Source: Lama glama (lineage: Eukaryota). From it: a DNA stretch of 64,000 nt. The position numbers and the translations under genes are program-made. This document shows positions 39,499 through 49,649 of the stretch, in pieces; position 1 is the stretch's first letter, and each line of letters begins with the position of its first letter. The stretch covers positions 74,340,001 to 74,404,000 of the forward strand of contig CM052816.1 in the NCBI GenBank assembly GCA_028534125.1, written 5' to 3'. Under the pieces are notes generated by a model. It was given only the letters and a program-made list of their open reading frames with translations. It had not been told where the DNA came from and made no database searches.

Positions 39499-40499
39499 GT
39501 AAGTAGGAGCTTTGTGTTTCCCAAACTTGACTCCGAGAGTTTGGTAAATGATTTGAATTTTGAGTCTGATTAAATGTTTCTCTCAGAATAGACTTTAAAA
39601 AAAGAAGTGGGTAAAGCAAAGAACATAGAAGTAATACGAAAGAAAGAGCAGAAGGATCTAAACTTCAGTGTGGTGGGTGCGGGGGGACTTGGCAGTTCTT
39701 CTGATTTCTGCCCTGCCTTCTGCGTGGCCAAGGGTGGGGATGGGGGCAGGGGAGGCTGGAGAAGTCAAATACTTTCACTCTGCAAAAATTGTGTTCTTAT
39801 ATAGGCAATATTGTATGCTCAAGCGTAAATGCTTCCCACTGAAATGCGGGGTGAGAGCTCTGAGGGCAAAAACAGCCTGTGGGTTTGAAGAGCAGAGACT
39901 GAAATTTAGCCATTCTACAATGCTGTGGAAACAGACAGGGATGTTGTGAGCAGTTTCAGGGCTAAAAAAAAAAAAACAAACACAAGGTTCAGTCCATTCT
40001 GTGGAAATGGTCACCCGTGAAAGAGTTAAAACCCAGGTCAAAATCAGGTGATCTGTGATTTAATGCAAGGTTTTGCGGTTTAAGGGGTGAGTGGATACCC
40101 TTAGGTGAATGAGGAAGGGCCCTCAGACGCAGGTCTTAAGTTCAGGGGAAGAGGGTGGAAAAAGTTTTTGTGTTTTTTGCCTTTTCATGGAGAATTTTAA
40201 ACAAATGTAGGTCTATGTGTGGCCAACAAATCTGGGTTTTGTGACTGAATCGTGATGGGACGAGTGAAATTCACAACTCGTTTTGTTATCACATCATCTT
40301 CCAGTAAATCTAATTTTGTTATTTATTTTCATTATTTTAGATAGCTGTCTGACAGCTGTAATTATAATCAAAGTTTGTTATGTAAAAAATAATCTTAAAA
40401 CCAAGTTGAACAGCTTTTGATTATAGTGACAGAGGAAAATCTGAAAGTGTGAACTCTAATCCACTACCCTCTACCAATGGCTTTGGTTATTTTTTTCAT

Positions 40500-40625
40500 C
40501 AAAAACTAATGAATATGAAAGTGAATATATGTATGTTCATGTATGACTGAAGCATTATGCTGTATACCAGAAATTGACACAACATTGTAAACTGACTTCA
40601 ATAAAAAATACACACACAAAAAAAC
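40500..40625 (+). mobile_element. Very short L1 3' end in SELENOP intron 1
   Basis: gaatatgaaagtgaatatatgtatg...gctgtataccagaaattgacacaacattgtaaactgacttcaataaaaaa. Confidence 0.7.
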
Positions 40626-40904
40626 AGAGAAATAAGTGAAATAGCTTTTTCATTTATATTCACTATTTAGCCCTTTGGAATGTGTGCTATATGTATGGTG
40701 AGGGTGCCAGGTGCTTAGTTTATGCTGAAGGGTCTGTAACTATTGAATTTTTGTTCTAGAAGCTAGGGAAAGCCTAGCCATTCCAGTAAGAAACAAAACA
40801 GTTTGAATAATTTAGTGTTCCCTTTGCCATCCTAGGGCATAAAAAGCCCCAAATCCTGGCTACTAGAGTGATTAAAGGTGACCTGGTCTAAAAACAGTCA
40901 ATAT

Positions 40905-41140
40905 ACAGCAGTAGCTAAGAGGTCATGTTTTGGAATTAGCAGAACTGGTTTGAATGCAGTTTCCCTTGTGACCTACCACCTGTGTGGAATTGTGCAAGAT
41001 GCCTAAACTCTCTGTTAGCCATAGTTTTCTCAACTGCAAAAGGGCAGTGGTCACATAGTTGTAAGGATTAACTGACATGGTATAAAAAAGTGCTTAGTGC
41101 CCCCTGCATGTAGTTCTATAAATGCTCAATAAATGATAGC
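40905..41140. mobile_element. MIR SINE
   Basis: Degenerate MIR core (ctgtgtg...ttgtgcaag...taaactctctg...gttttctcaactgcaaa...ttgtaaggattaa...aaagtgcttag). Confidence 0.55.
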
Positions 41141-41676
41141 TATGCTAAGGATAATTATATCATCAATATAAATACTATCCTACAGAAATACCCTAGATTT
41201 AGTCCAGATATAGCCTCTCCTTTTTTAAATATTAGAATTTTAAAGATGTTAGAATATTTGGGATGGCCTTAATAAATCATTTAATTTATCATCTCTTAAA
41301 TCACCCCCCTCCCCTTTATTTCTCTTCCTTTAGTTAGGCTTTTGTCAAGATACTCTATATAGCTGCTAGAGAGGTGCTGGGCCACCTGCTCAGGCAGACC
41401 CCCATAGCACGCTTACTAAAGGATCTTGCTAAGTTGGATAGCTGAGAGGTGCTTTGGCAACGTCCCTGCCTCTGGCTAATCCTTCCCCCTTTATAGGGAG
41501 ATTTGGTGTAGAGAGGCCCAACATAATGAGCCCAACAACATGGAGACAGAGTCTACTGGCTAGGTATTTGTAGAAAGTAGAATTATACCTGCTGGATTTA
41601 ATAGAAATTCCTAGTTATGACTGTGAAGTCGCCTCTGAAGATGACAGAAGATTATTTTTACAGGACAACCCCAGCA

Positions 41677-41879
41677 ATGTGGAGAGGCCTGGGGCTGGCC
41701 CTGGCTCTCTGTCTTCTCCCCGGGGGAGGAACAGAGAGCCAGGAGCAAAGCTCCTTTTGTGAGAAACCTCCAGCCTGGCACATCAATGGTCAAGACCCGA
41801 TGCTGGACTCGTATGGCTCAGTGACCGTGGTTGCTCTTCTTCAGGCCAGCTGATACCTGTGCATTCTGCAGGCATCCAG
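41677..41879 (+). CDS. SELENOP: Selenoprotein P coding exon 1 (exon 2; exon begins 41664): signal peptide and UxxC motif
   Basis: MWRGLGLALALCLLPGGGTESQEQSSFCEKPPAW...VVALLQAS-U-YLCILQAS. TGA at 41851-41853 is Sec59 in UYLC. Acceptor tttttacag|, donor ag|GTGAGG, 203 nt coding. Confidence 0.98.
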
Positions 41880-42623
41880 GTGAGGCAGTCTTTCTGTGGT
41901 CTAGATCTGATTTCTTAAGGGATAGCTACTAAATACATATATAGATAAAATAAAAATAGAAAAGATGTGTTTATTAAATCACACCTTTTGAAAAACTATA
42001 TGTTTGCATAGAACATGCTAGAAGAAAGAAGACTAGGAGGATAGACACCAAAATGTTTAATAGTGGTTTTTCTGGAGCTATGGAAATGTTTTCTTCTTTT
42101 TGTGTACCTATATTTTTTAATACTCTACTAAATATGCATTACTTGTGTAATGAAAATGTTCTATAATACACTCTTGCAAATGGATTAGTTATTTCAATAT
42201 AGGAAGCAGAGACCAGAGCTTTGCCAGAGTAGAATGAACACCAGACTTGTCACCAAAGGTCTTGAGTCATTTAACAGATTTGTAAATATATATTTGTTGG
42301 GTTATTTGCCAAATATTTATTGGGTACAATTCTCTGTAACTGTGAGATGGATTTAAAAAAATACACTGCATGGGATTAATCTGAGGAAAAATGGGCTAAT
42401 GTTTGTACAGGAACTGGCATACGGTTTCAGCTAAGCATAAGTGCTCAATAAATAATTAGAAAGACAAAAGTTTTAGTCTTTTACAACAATATGAAGAAGA
42501 GGTATAAGTAAGTAAAAAATAACAAGTGTTTCATGTAGAAAAATAGTGAGGAGAAAGGGAGAAGTCACTAATAAAATTAATTGAGATTATTCCTTTTTTT
42601 TGTATTTTTCCCAAATATTTTAG

Positions 42624-42836
42624 ATTGGAAGACCTGCGAGTAAAACTGGAGAAAGATGGATACTCTAACATCTCCTTTGTTGTTGTTAATCATCAAGGTC
42701 TCTCTTCTCGATTAAAATATATGCATCTTAAAAATAAGGTGTCAGAGCATATTCCTGTTTATCAACAAGAGGAAAACCAAACAGATGTCTGGACGCTTTT
42801 AAACGGAAATAAAGATGACTTCCTCATATATGACAG
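42624..42836 (+). CDS. SELENOP: Selenoprotein P exon 3
   Basis: LEDLRVKLEKDGYSNISFVVVNHQG...HIPVYQQEENQTDVWTLLNGNKDDFLIYDR. 213 nt, AG/GT boundaries, phases consistent. Confidence 0.98.
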
Positions 42837-44070
42837 GTGTGTACACACATGCATACACCCCCCCAAGTTAAAAGGTGCTTGCTTTGTATTTAATTTAATA
42901 ATAAACAATTTAAAATAAGACATCTGCTTTTGTTCTGTTACCATATACTCAGTTTCAAAGTGAGCCCATTAAAATGTTTGGTTTTAATGGCTTCCTTTCA
43001 CACAGAAGAATTCACCATTCCAGTAGGGAAATAAAGAAAACTGACTATACTATTTTCCCCTGTAAATTAGCATTCTGATTAAATAAAAAGAAGGATCAAT
43101 TTGTACATCACATACAATTCTAACTTAAAATTTTTGCAGATGAATAACCATACTTTGCAGACCACTTGCTTATCTCTAATTTAATTACTAAACCCGCATT
43201 TCTGAGCTATAAAGTATGTTGATCGTTTAGGTATAATCTGCTTGAATCACCGTTTGATTCTATGAGTAAAACGTTGTATTTTGAAGGAGCCTCAATGCGT
43301 ATTATTATCACCAACATTCCTAGTTGGTGCTGGTTTGTTTTCCTTCTTTTTTTCAGGAACAGAGAACCAGACTCTGTTAGGCCTAAGCCCTACTTGGTCT
43401 TACTCTAAATATTTTTAATATTACATGTCCTTCTTTTAGGATTGCAGACTTCTAATTTATTCTGTTGCAGAGTGTAACCTTTTGGAATTCATATAAAACT
43501 ATCTATACAGGGTTAAACGTGGGCAAGAACTTCTGAGAACGCCAAGTGTTATAGTTCCTTTTCTTTCATTGCGCTGAAATGTTTGTTGCATCGGTATTTT
43601 TATAAATCACTGGGTTACTGGCCAAGCCTTAAGACTCTTTGTGTTATGCTGTGATTTCTTATTGTGTGGACTTTGTGCTGCCTTAGCTGTCATGAAAAGA
43701 TCGTGTGATTTGCAGAGCCTGATTTATGATAAGTTAGTGGTTTGAGCATTGGTAGGATTTATAAGTCAATTACAAAATTGTATTTGACCAAGTCACAATA
43801 ACTGCACTACACAGTTTCGACATTAATGTGACGTATCTATTTCACATTTCAAAATGCTAATGTTAGACTCACTGTAGTCTTGTCATGACTTGATCTGGTA
43901 TGTAGTGCCAGGAGCTGGTTTGAGACCCCATTCAAGGAAATTTCCTGAAGGTATGAAAGGGTCTTATCTTAGTTATAAGATCATTCAACCTGTAATACGT
44001 ATCCCAGATGGTGCATGAGTAGGATTATGGTACAAAAAGTGTTGTAATGACATTGTATTTTTTTTTTTAG

Positions 44071-44188
44071 ATGTGGCCACCTTGTGTATCATCTTGGTTT
44101 GCCTTTCTCCTTCCTAACTTTCCCATATGTAGAAGAATCCATTAAGATTGTTTACTGTGAAAATAAATGTGGAAACTGCTCTCTCAAG
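44071..44188 (+). CDS. SELENOP: Selenoprotein P exon 4
   Basis: Manual translation CGHLVYHLGLPFSFLTFPYVEESIKIVYCENKCGNCSLK. Poly-T ag| acceptor, aag|GTATTT donor, 118 nt. Confidence 0.97.
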
Positions 44189-46721
44189 GTATTTTTCTTA
44201 ATTATTTTTACAGAGAGAAAAGAGGGTATCTTTTAAGAACTATCTAAATAAATTAGTGTTTCACAACTAATTAGCTAATCAATGTTTCTGCTGGTGTACT
44301 AAAAATAAACCACAACAGTAATTTTAATAATTACACACACTTTCTGTTATTTAACATATACTTTAAAACATCTTGTCAAGATCCATATTGCTGCTTCTAT
44401 CTAGGAGGAGTTTAGAAAACAAAAATCAGAGTAGATTACATATTTCAATTACCATCAAATGGTGGTGCATGAGTATTAGTGCTTAAAGAATTTATTGTAG
44501 ATTCATACACGAGCATGGTGATAACAGAGATTATCCATGGCATCGCCTGCAGTGAAACTGGGGCCCAGATAACTACTTAATTTACCAAGAATGTAAAACT
44601 GTCAGCTTTTCTGTGAAGTGCCTATACAATGCAGTTAAATCTACTGCATTTATCTCACAATGGAATACTTTTTTTTTAACTCATTACTGTTATTTCTTTC
44701 CTAACAACCATGAGAATATTTATTCCTTGTTATGAGAAACACTATATTTACATATTGTTTATGAAAAAGATACTCAAGGAATTGATTTTAGCTAATATTA
44801 ACTACATTTCTTCCTCCGCCCCATGTTGAGAAGGAAAATAATTCCAAGCAATGTTTCCTTGATGGAGCAAGTTGGCAAAATGTGAACTCAGGTTTAAAAA
44901 CAATTTTGAATTTTATCTGTGAGCTGTACTTCCTTTAGATTTTTCCAGCTCTAAAGAAAGCCATTCAAATTTTAATGAATCATTTAATTAAGTTAAGAAG
45001 CTCAATAGGTTAATTACTCTAGTTATGTCATTTTTCACATTTTAATCTTCATAATAACCCTGTGGGGGTTATTTTACTGCTTTTACAGATGAAACTGACA
45101 TAATACAAATAAGGGACTAACTCAATGTCTAACTTACACTAAGTGCTTAATGTCAGCTATATTGCTTCCTCATATTTGGGGATTTTTTTCAGTATTTTGG
45201 ATTTTTGCAAATATCTAAGAGTTGTAAATACACCTAGGTACGTTGAAACAAAGGCAGAAACAATTTCCATAACATGCTTAAAGTTTACAAGCTATCAGTA
45301 AATATATCATAGGTATCTGACATGCCAAATCAAATTGGGAGTTTTTCTATTTCATTGCATCCTTGATGCCACCAATTATATGACACATTATTTATGTGCT
45401 ATTAAAAAATGCTGTTAAGGTAGGACACAATACTATATCAATTGTAGGATGCATTCTAATTTTAAAGATACTAAAATGTGAAAAAAATACATTGTAAAAT
45501 CAGTGAAATATAGTAATTGGTTTCTTGGAACTAATTAGATTACTACTGTAGTTATTTTCTTTGTTTAATCTTTGAAGATTTAGAACATTACACAATATAA
45601 ACATTTATCAAATTGTTTATAAGTTTTTAATTAAACACTATTAAGTTCTCAAAAGTAATTCAGAAACAACCAAAAAAAGTACCACTTAGTAGTTGTAGTT
45701 AAAATCCAATGGAATTTATAACCTTTCAAAACCTTCAAAACACCAAACCATACCACTTAGTGAGTCTTTGATTGCTCAAGTTGATTTTATAACTTTATTT
45801 ACAAATAATTTTAGGTTGAGGTTTAATATTACATTGCCATATCTATAAGCTTTGAGCCTATGATTTTCGGCACATAAAACAATAAAGAAAAGACTTTCAG
45901 CAAATGAAAGAACTAGATTCATGCAGAGAGGAATATTATGCTTAGTCCAAAATGGGAAGTAATTTGCTACTTTCAGCTGACAGCAGTATAGTAGAAACAC
46001 ATTAACAAAGCTTTAGTGAAGTTCAAAACATTTCCTGGCAAAAGCTGAGGTGTAAAAAACTTGATTTTGAGCAGAGTTTGTTGGCATTTTTGAATTATTA
46101 GGAATTAGTTTGTTTCAGAATATAATATTAGATTCGGTTGTTGACACAGGTGTGAAAGGTTCCATGTAGGTAAACTGATTTTAGGATTTGATATTTGTTT
46201 GACTTTACTGCAGTCAATCTAAGTTCTTATAACTAGTTTATTTAGTTTTGTTTTTGCAGATACAAATATAGTGGCTTGGCTTTCTTTTTAAGCCTATGTA
46301 TTTCCTCAGAATTCTTGAAAATTTAGGAAATGTTCTTGATAAGAAAAGGAAAATTTGAATTCTGCTGACTAGTACAGAAGCTTAGGTGGATTGTTAAAAC
46401 TTTAATTGTATTACATCTTTTTTAATCTACTTTCAAAACATTAATGTTGATTTGTTTGTAAGATGCTTGAGGATTCTTTGGTTAAAGGCAAACTTTGCAC
46501 AAGAAGTACTTTATTATGAGATATAGCTGGGAACCAAATTTTAATAAAAAGTGTAGGTGTTGAGACTGACATCAGATTTTTCCCTCATCAATATGATGCT
46601 GGAAAAACAAAGCCAGTTCAATACTAATTAACTGGTTTGAATTTCATATATGTTAGCTCTACAAATCATTTTTCATTCATTCTTGCTAAATCTATAGTTT
46701 TGTCGATTTTTGTTACTTCAG

Positions 46722-47360
46722 ACCCAAGAACATGAAGACTTCTGTAAAAACGTCTCTTTGGCTACAGAGGAGCAAACTACCGAGGCTCCACAGCCTCATC
46801 CTCATCCTCATCCCCATCACCGTCACCATCACCATCATCATCATGGGCATCAGCATCTTGAGAACAGTCATCCTTCACAGTATCCAAAACCAGAAGCACC
46901 AGATGCTTCTGAGAATCCCCCTCCTTCAGATCTTCGTCACCACCATAGGCACAAGGGTCCCCAAAGACAGGGTTACTCAGAGAACTGAGATATGCCAGTA
47001 GGAAGTAAAAATTTACAACTTTCTCTTCCACAAAAGAAGCTCTGACGAAAGGGATGCATAAATCAGTTATTCTGTAAATTCCCCAAAGATTCAAAGTTGG
47101 CTCTGAGTAGCTGATGCTGACACTGTCGACATCTGGTATTTGAAAAAACAGGGTCTGCAATCACCTGACAGTGTGAAGAAAACCTCCCCTCTTTATGCAG
47201 CTGACAGGGCCTTCTGGCAGAGGAGACCGTCATTGAGTCCTGACAATGACGTTTGCCTCCAGCTGCCTGACAGGCAAGTCAGCAGCTCAAGCCCACAGAA
47301 GCCAGCACCAAATGAAGCTGAAAAAATAAGGCAGCAATGTGAGAATGACCTTCAAATTAA
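46722..47360 (+). CDS. SELENOP: Selenoprotein P exon 5 coding part: His-rich tracts and Sec-rich C-terminal domain (13 in-frame TGA, true stop TAA)
   Basis: TQEHEDFCK...SENUDMPVGSKNLQLSLPQKKLURKGCINQLFCKFPKDSKLALSSUCUHCRHLVFEKTGSAITUQCEENLPSLCSUQGLLAEETVIESUQURLPPAAUQASQQLKPTEASTKUSUKNKAAMUEUPSN*. TAA at 47358-47360. Confidence 0.97.
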
Positions 47361-47615
47361 ATATTTGAAATTGGACATACTTCCCAAGTCAGTCTAGGCA
47401 ATTACATTTCCAGCATTTTTATAAACTACCTAATTAATAGTGATCCAAAAATAGGACTTGGATTTGTGCAAATGCAGAGAAATCCACTATATTGGTTTCC
47501 ACATTTTAAACTTTAAGTCAAAGAAATTTTGACCCAAGCCATAGTTTTATTACAGGGCAACTGAAAGGTGATTGCAGCATTTGGTTAATATGTTTTTCTT
47601 TTTCTTTCTCCAGCA

Positions 47616-47690
47616 TTCTACTTGCATTAATGAAAACAGGAACATAAACTATGACCTAGGGGTTTCTGTTAGATAGTTGGCAACTTAGAA
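47616..47690 (+). promoter_or_regulatory. SELENOP: SECIS element 1 (form 2) in the SELENOP 3' UTR
   Basis: ATGA 47630-47633, helix aacaggaac/gtttctgtt, apical AAA 47646-47648, mini-stem cta/tag, GA 47672-47673, lower stem ttcta..ttgc/gcaa..tagaa. Confidence 0.95.
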
Positions 47691-48058
47691 TGGAGGAAGA
47701 ACAACAAAGACATGTTTTCCATTTTCTTTACTTATTTCTCAAAACAATATTATCTTTTGTCTTTTTTAATCTTACATTTTTAACAGATTAAATCTTTAAA
47801 GAAAGAAGTGAATTCTGACTTTTCAGATCCCAAAGTACTTACACGTGAATATTTTGCTATTACATTTTAGATATTCATTTATACTTTTATATCTCAGACT
47901 CATGTCTTGATTTTTACTATCACATATGAATGAAGCCTTTATATATCTTGGTTTCTTTATCTAGCATTTTATCATACTCTTTAAAATTTGAGATGCCAGT
48001 CTTGAAAGCTAGAAGGAAAAAGATAAAAGAATGTTGTCTATCTCTTGATTGCTTAGAA

Positions 48059-48133
48059 AGTATTTCCATAGTCAATGATGGTTCAGTAGGTAAACTTAGT
48101 CCTATAAACCCGAACTCCTTTATGGTTAATACT
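48059..48133 (+). promoter_or_regulatory. SELENOP: SECIS element 2 (form 1) in the SELENOP 3' UTR
   Basis: ATGA 48075-48078, helix ggtt..tagg/ccta..aacc, AAA 48092-48094 in the loop, GA 48112-48113, lower stem agtatt.ccata/tatgg.aatact. Confidence 0.92.
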
Positions 48134-48181
48134 ACTAAGCAAGCATGCGATACACAATTGGCAAGAGTGTGGATTTGTTTA

Positions 48182-48196
48182 AATAAACTCAATAAA
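48182..48196 (+). terminator. SELENOP: SELENOP tandem polyadenylation signals
   Basis: AATAAA at 48182-48187 and 48191-48196, followed by a GT/T-rich tract. Confidence 0.85.
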
Positions 48197-48322
48197 AAAG
48201 TTTAAAGCTGTCTTTTTGTTTTCATTGTTATTACTTAAGTAGTATGTTATATTGACAATAGAAATGAATTTCCAGCTGCTTTTAAAGAAATTAAATAGCA
48301 ACTAGTGAATTTACTTCTGTGC

Positions 48323-48472
48323 TCAAAACCGTCTACGCTTAAACTGAGAATCTTTGCCAACAAATTTAAGTTGAGAATCTTTGCTGACAGAGAGGCGTTG
48401 CTCTAAATCATGAATGGTATTACGAAGAGTCGCAATCTCCTTGTTTTTTTCTTCTTGAAGATGTTGAAGCTT
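48323..48472 (-). CDS. CCDC152: Coiled-coil domain-containing protein 152, last coding exon
   Basis: ccatttag|KLQHLQEEKNKEIATLRNTIHDLEQRLSVSKDSQLKFVGKDSQFKRRRF*. Matches the recalled CCDC152 C-terminus and the known tail-to-tail synteny with SELENOP. Confidence 0.92.
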   Translation of the reverse strand, partial: KLQHLQEEKNKEIATLRNTIHDLEQRLSVSKDSQLKFVGKDSQFKRRRF

Positions 48473-49038
48473 CTAAATGGAGCAGAAAAATGTTGTTATT
48501 GCAGTTCAGAAAACAACAGCAAAAACTATGCTTTTTAAAGTAGAAGCAGGTATTAAAAAAAAAACACCTTCTTTTGAAAGGTGTATAATTTTAGTTTTGT
48601 AGGACTCAATAGGGTAAAACTGGTATAAGGATACAAAAATACACATTAGCACCATTTATTTTAGTTTGTTTCCTTCTCCCTATTAGCTTGAAATTATAAA
48701 CCATAAATAAAGGAGATGAACAAAAAGAAATCTATTTGGGCGCCTAAGTAACTTCAGAATAGTAAGTCAGCCTTAATTCAAAATATATTATGGAATTCCT
48801 AAGATGGCCCAAAAAGTCAGGACTTCTGTAATATTTTAATTTACTACTAAGATTTACTAGTTTAAACTGAAAGTGACTTTTAAAGGTTATTGAAAATCGA
48901 ATAGCTTTCTGATTATGTGACAGACATATTTTAAGGAGAACTGTTAAGTATATTGTTAGTAAATATTAGATAACTTTTATGGAAACACACTAAGAATTTA
49001 TTTTTTAAACAATACCCATGGAAGAAAAACTCACATAC

Positions 49039-49122
49039 CCTCCTATAGATGCTGTGTGGCAGAACAGTAGAAGCTGGATATGATTTTGATGTAGTTTGAA
49101 CTCTTGCTAGTTTGACATCAAA
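49039..49122 (-). CDS. CCDC152: CCDC152 penultimate exon
   Basis: ttcag|FDVKLARVQTTSKSYPASTVLPHSIYRR|gtatgt. 84 nt, phase 0/0. Confidence 0.92.
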
Positions 49123-49562
49123 CTGAATCAAGTTTAAAAAGAAAGTTATTGCGAACATTCTAGCTAAACAATTAGAAACAACTGTTTCTGTAAATATAAT
49201 CCATTATATCCTCAGACATATAATCTGTAATTTAAGTGCATTCACTGTAAAACAGAAGACAGAAAAGTCTTAAAGAATAAAGCACACCCAAACAAGATTA
49301 ACTGTAGCTACATTTAAAACTACCTGGGGAGCTTTTTAAAAGGACCAAACACCCAGACACTACAGAGAGATTCTGGGGTGGGGTCAGCATCATGTTTTTC
49401 TCAAGACCTCAGCTGATTTCCTCATGCAGGGTTAAGAATCTAGTTAACTAGGGTTGGGAATCTAGTTAACTTAAAAATAGATACAAATATTTTCATGTTA
49501 CTGAGTGTACTTTGTAAAGAAAGTAAATGTAATCAACAGTCATGGGAGAAAAACTTACATAC

Positions 49563-49649
49563 CCTTCTGCAGAAACTTTGAGGCTAAGTAGTAGAATTTG
49601 GATATGATTTTCTTGATTTAGTTTGAACTCTTCTTGGTTTGACATTAAA
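49563..49649 (-). pseudogene. CCDC152: Tandem duplicate of the CCDC152 penultimate exon with an in-frame stop (pseudo-exon or poison exon)
   Basis: ttcag|FNVKPRRVQTKSRKSYPNSTT*PQSFCRR|gtatgt. 87 nt, TAG at 49586-49584. The flanks are also homologous to those of 49039-49122. Confidence 0.85.

Noticed and set aside
41617..41676. In-frame upstream ATGs extending the SELENOP ORF (MTVKSPLKMTEDYFYRTTPA)
   Set aside because: They lie in intron 1, upstream of the acceptor at 41663/41664. The signal peptide begins at ATG 41677.
46777..47160. 127-aa acidic ORF on the - strand
   Set aside because: It is the antisense shadow of the His-rich SELENOP exon (CAT/CAC read as GAT/GGT in another frame).
41851..47348. 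SELENOP as a pseudogene because of many stop codons
   Set aside because: All 14 internal stops are TGA at Sec/Cys-type positions, splice phases are intact and two SECIS elements are present.
47920..48205. Two ~90-aa ORFs overlapping SECIS2 on opposite strands
   Set aside because: No recognisable protein similarity and no link to the CCDC152 exon chain, which ends at 48323. They are consistent with chance ORFs in a 3' UTR.
49428..49471. 22-bp direct repeat gggtt..gaatctagttaact
   Set aside because: A local duplication at the end of a MER5-like fragment, with no sign of function. Two units only, so not an array.
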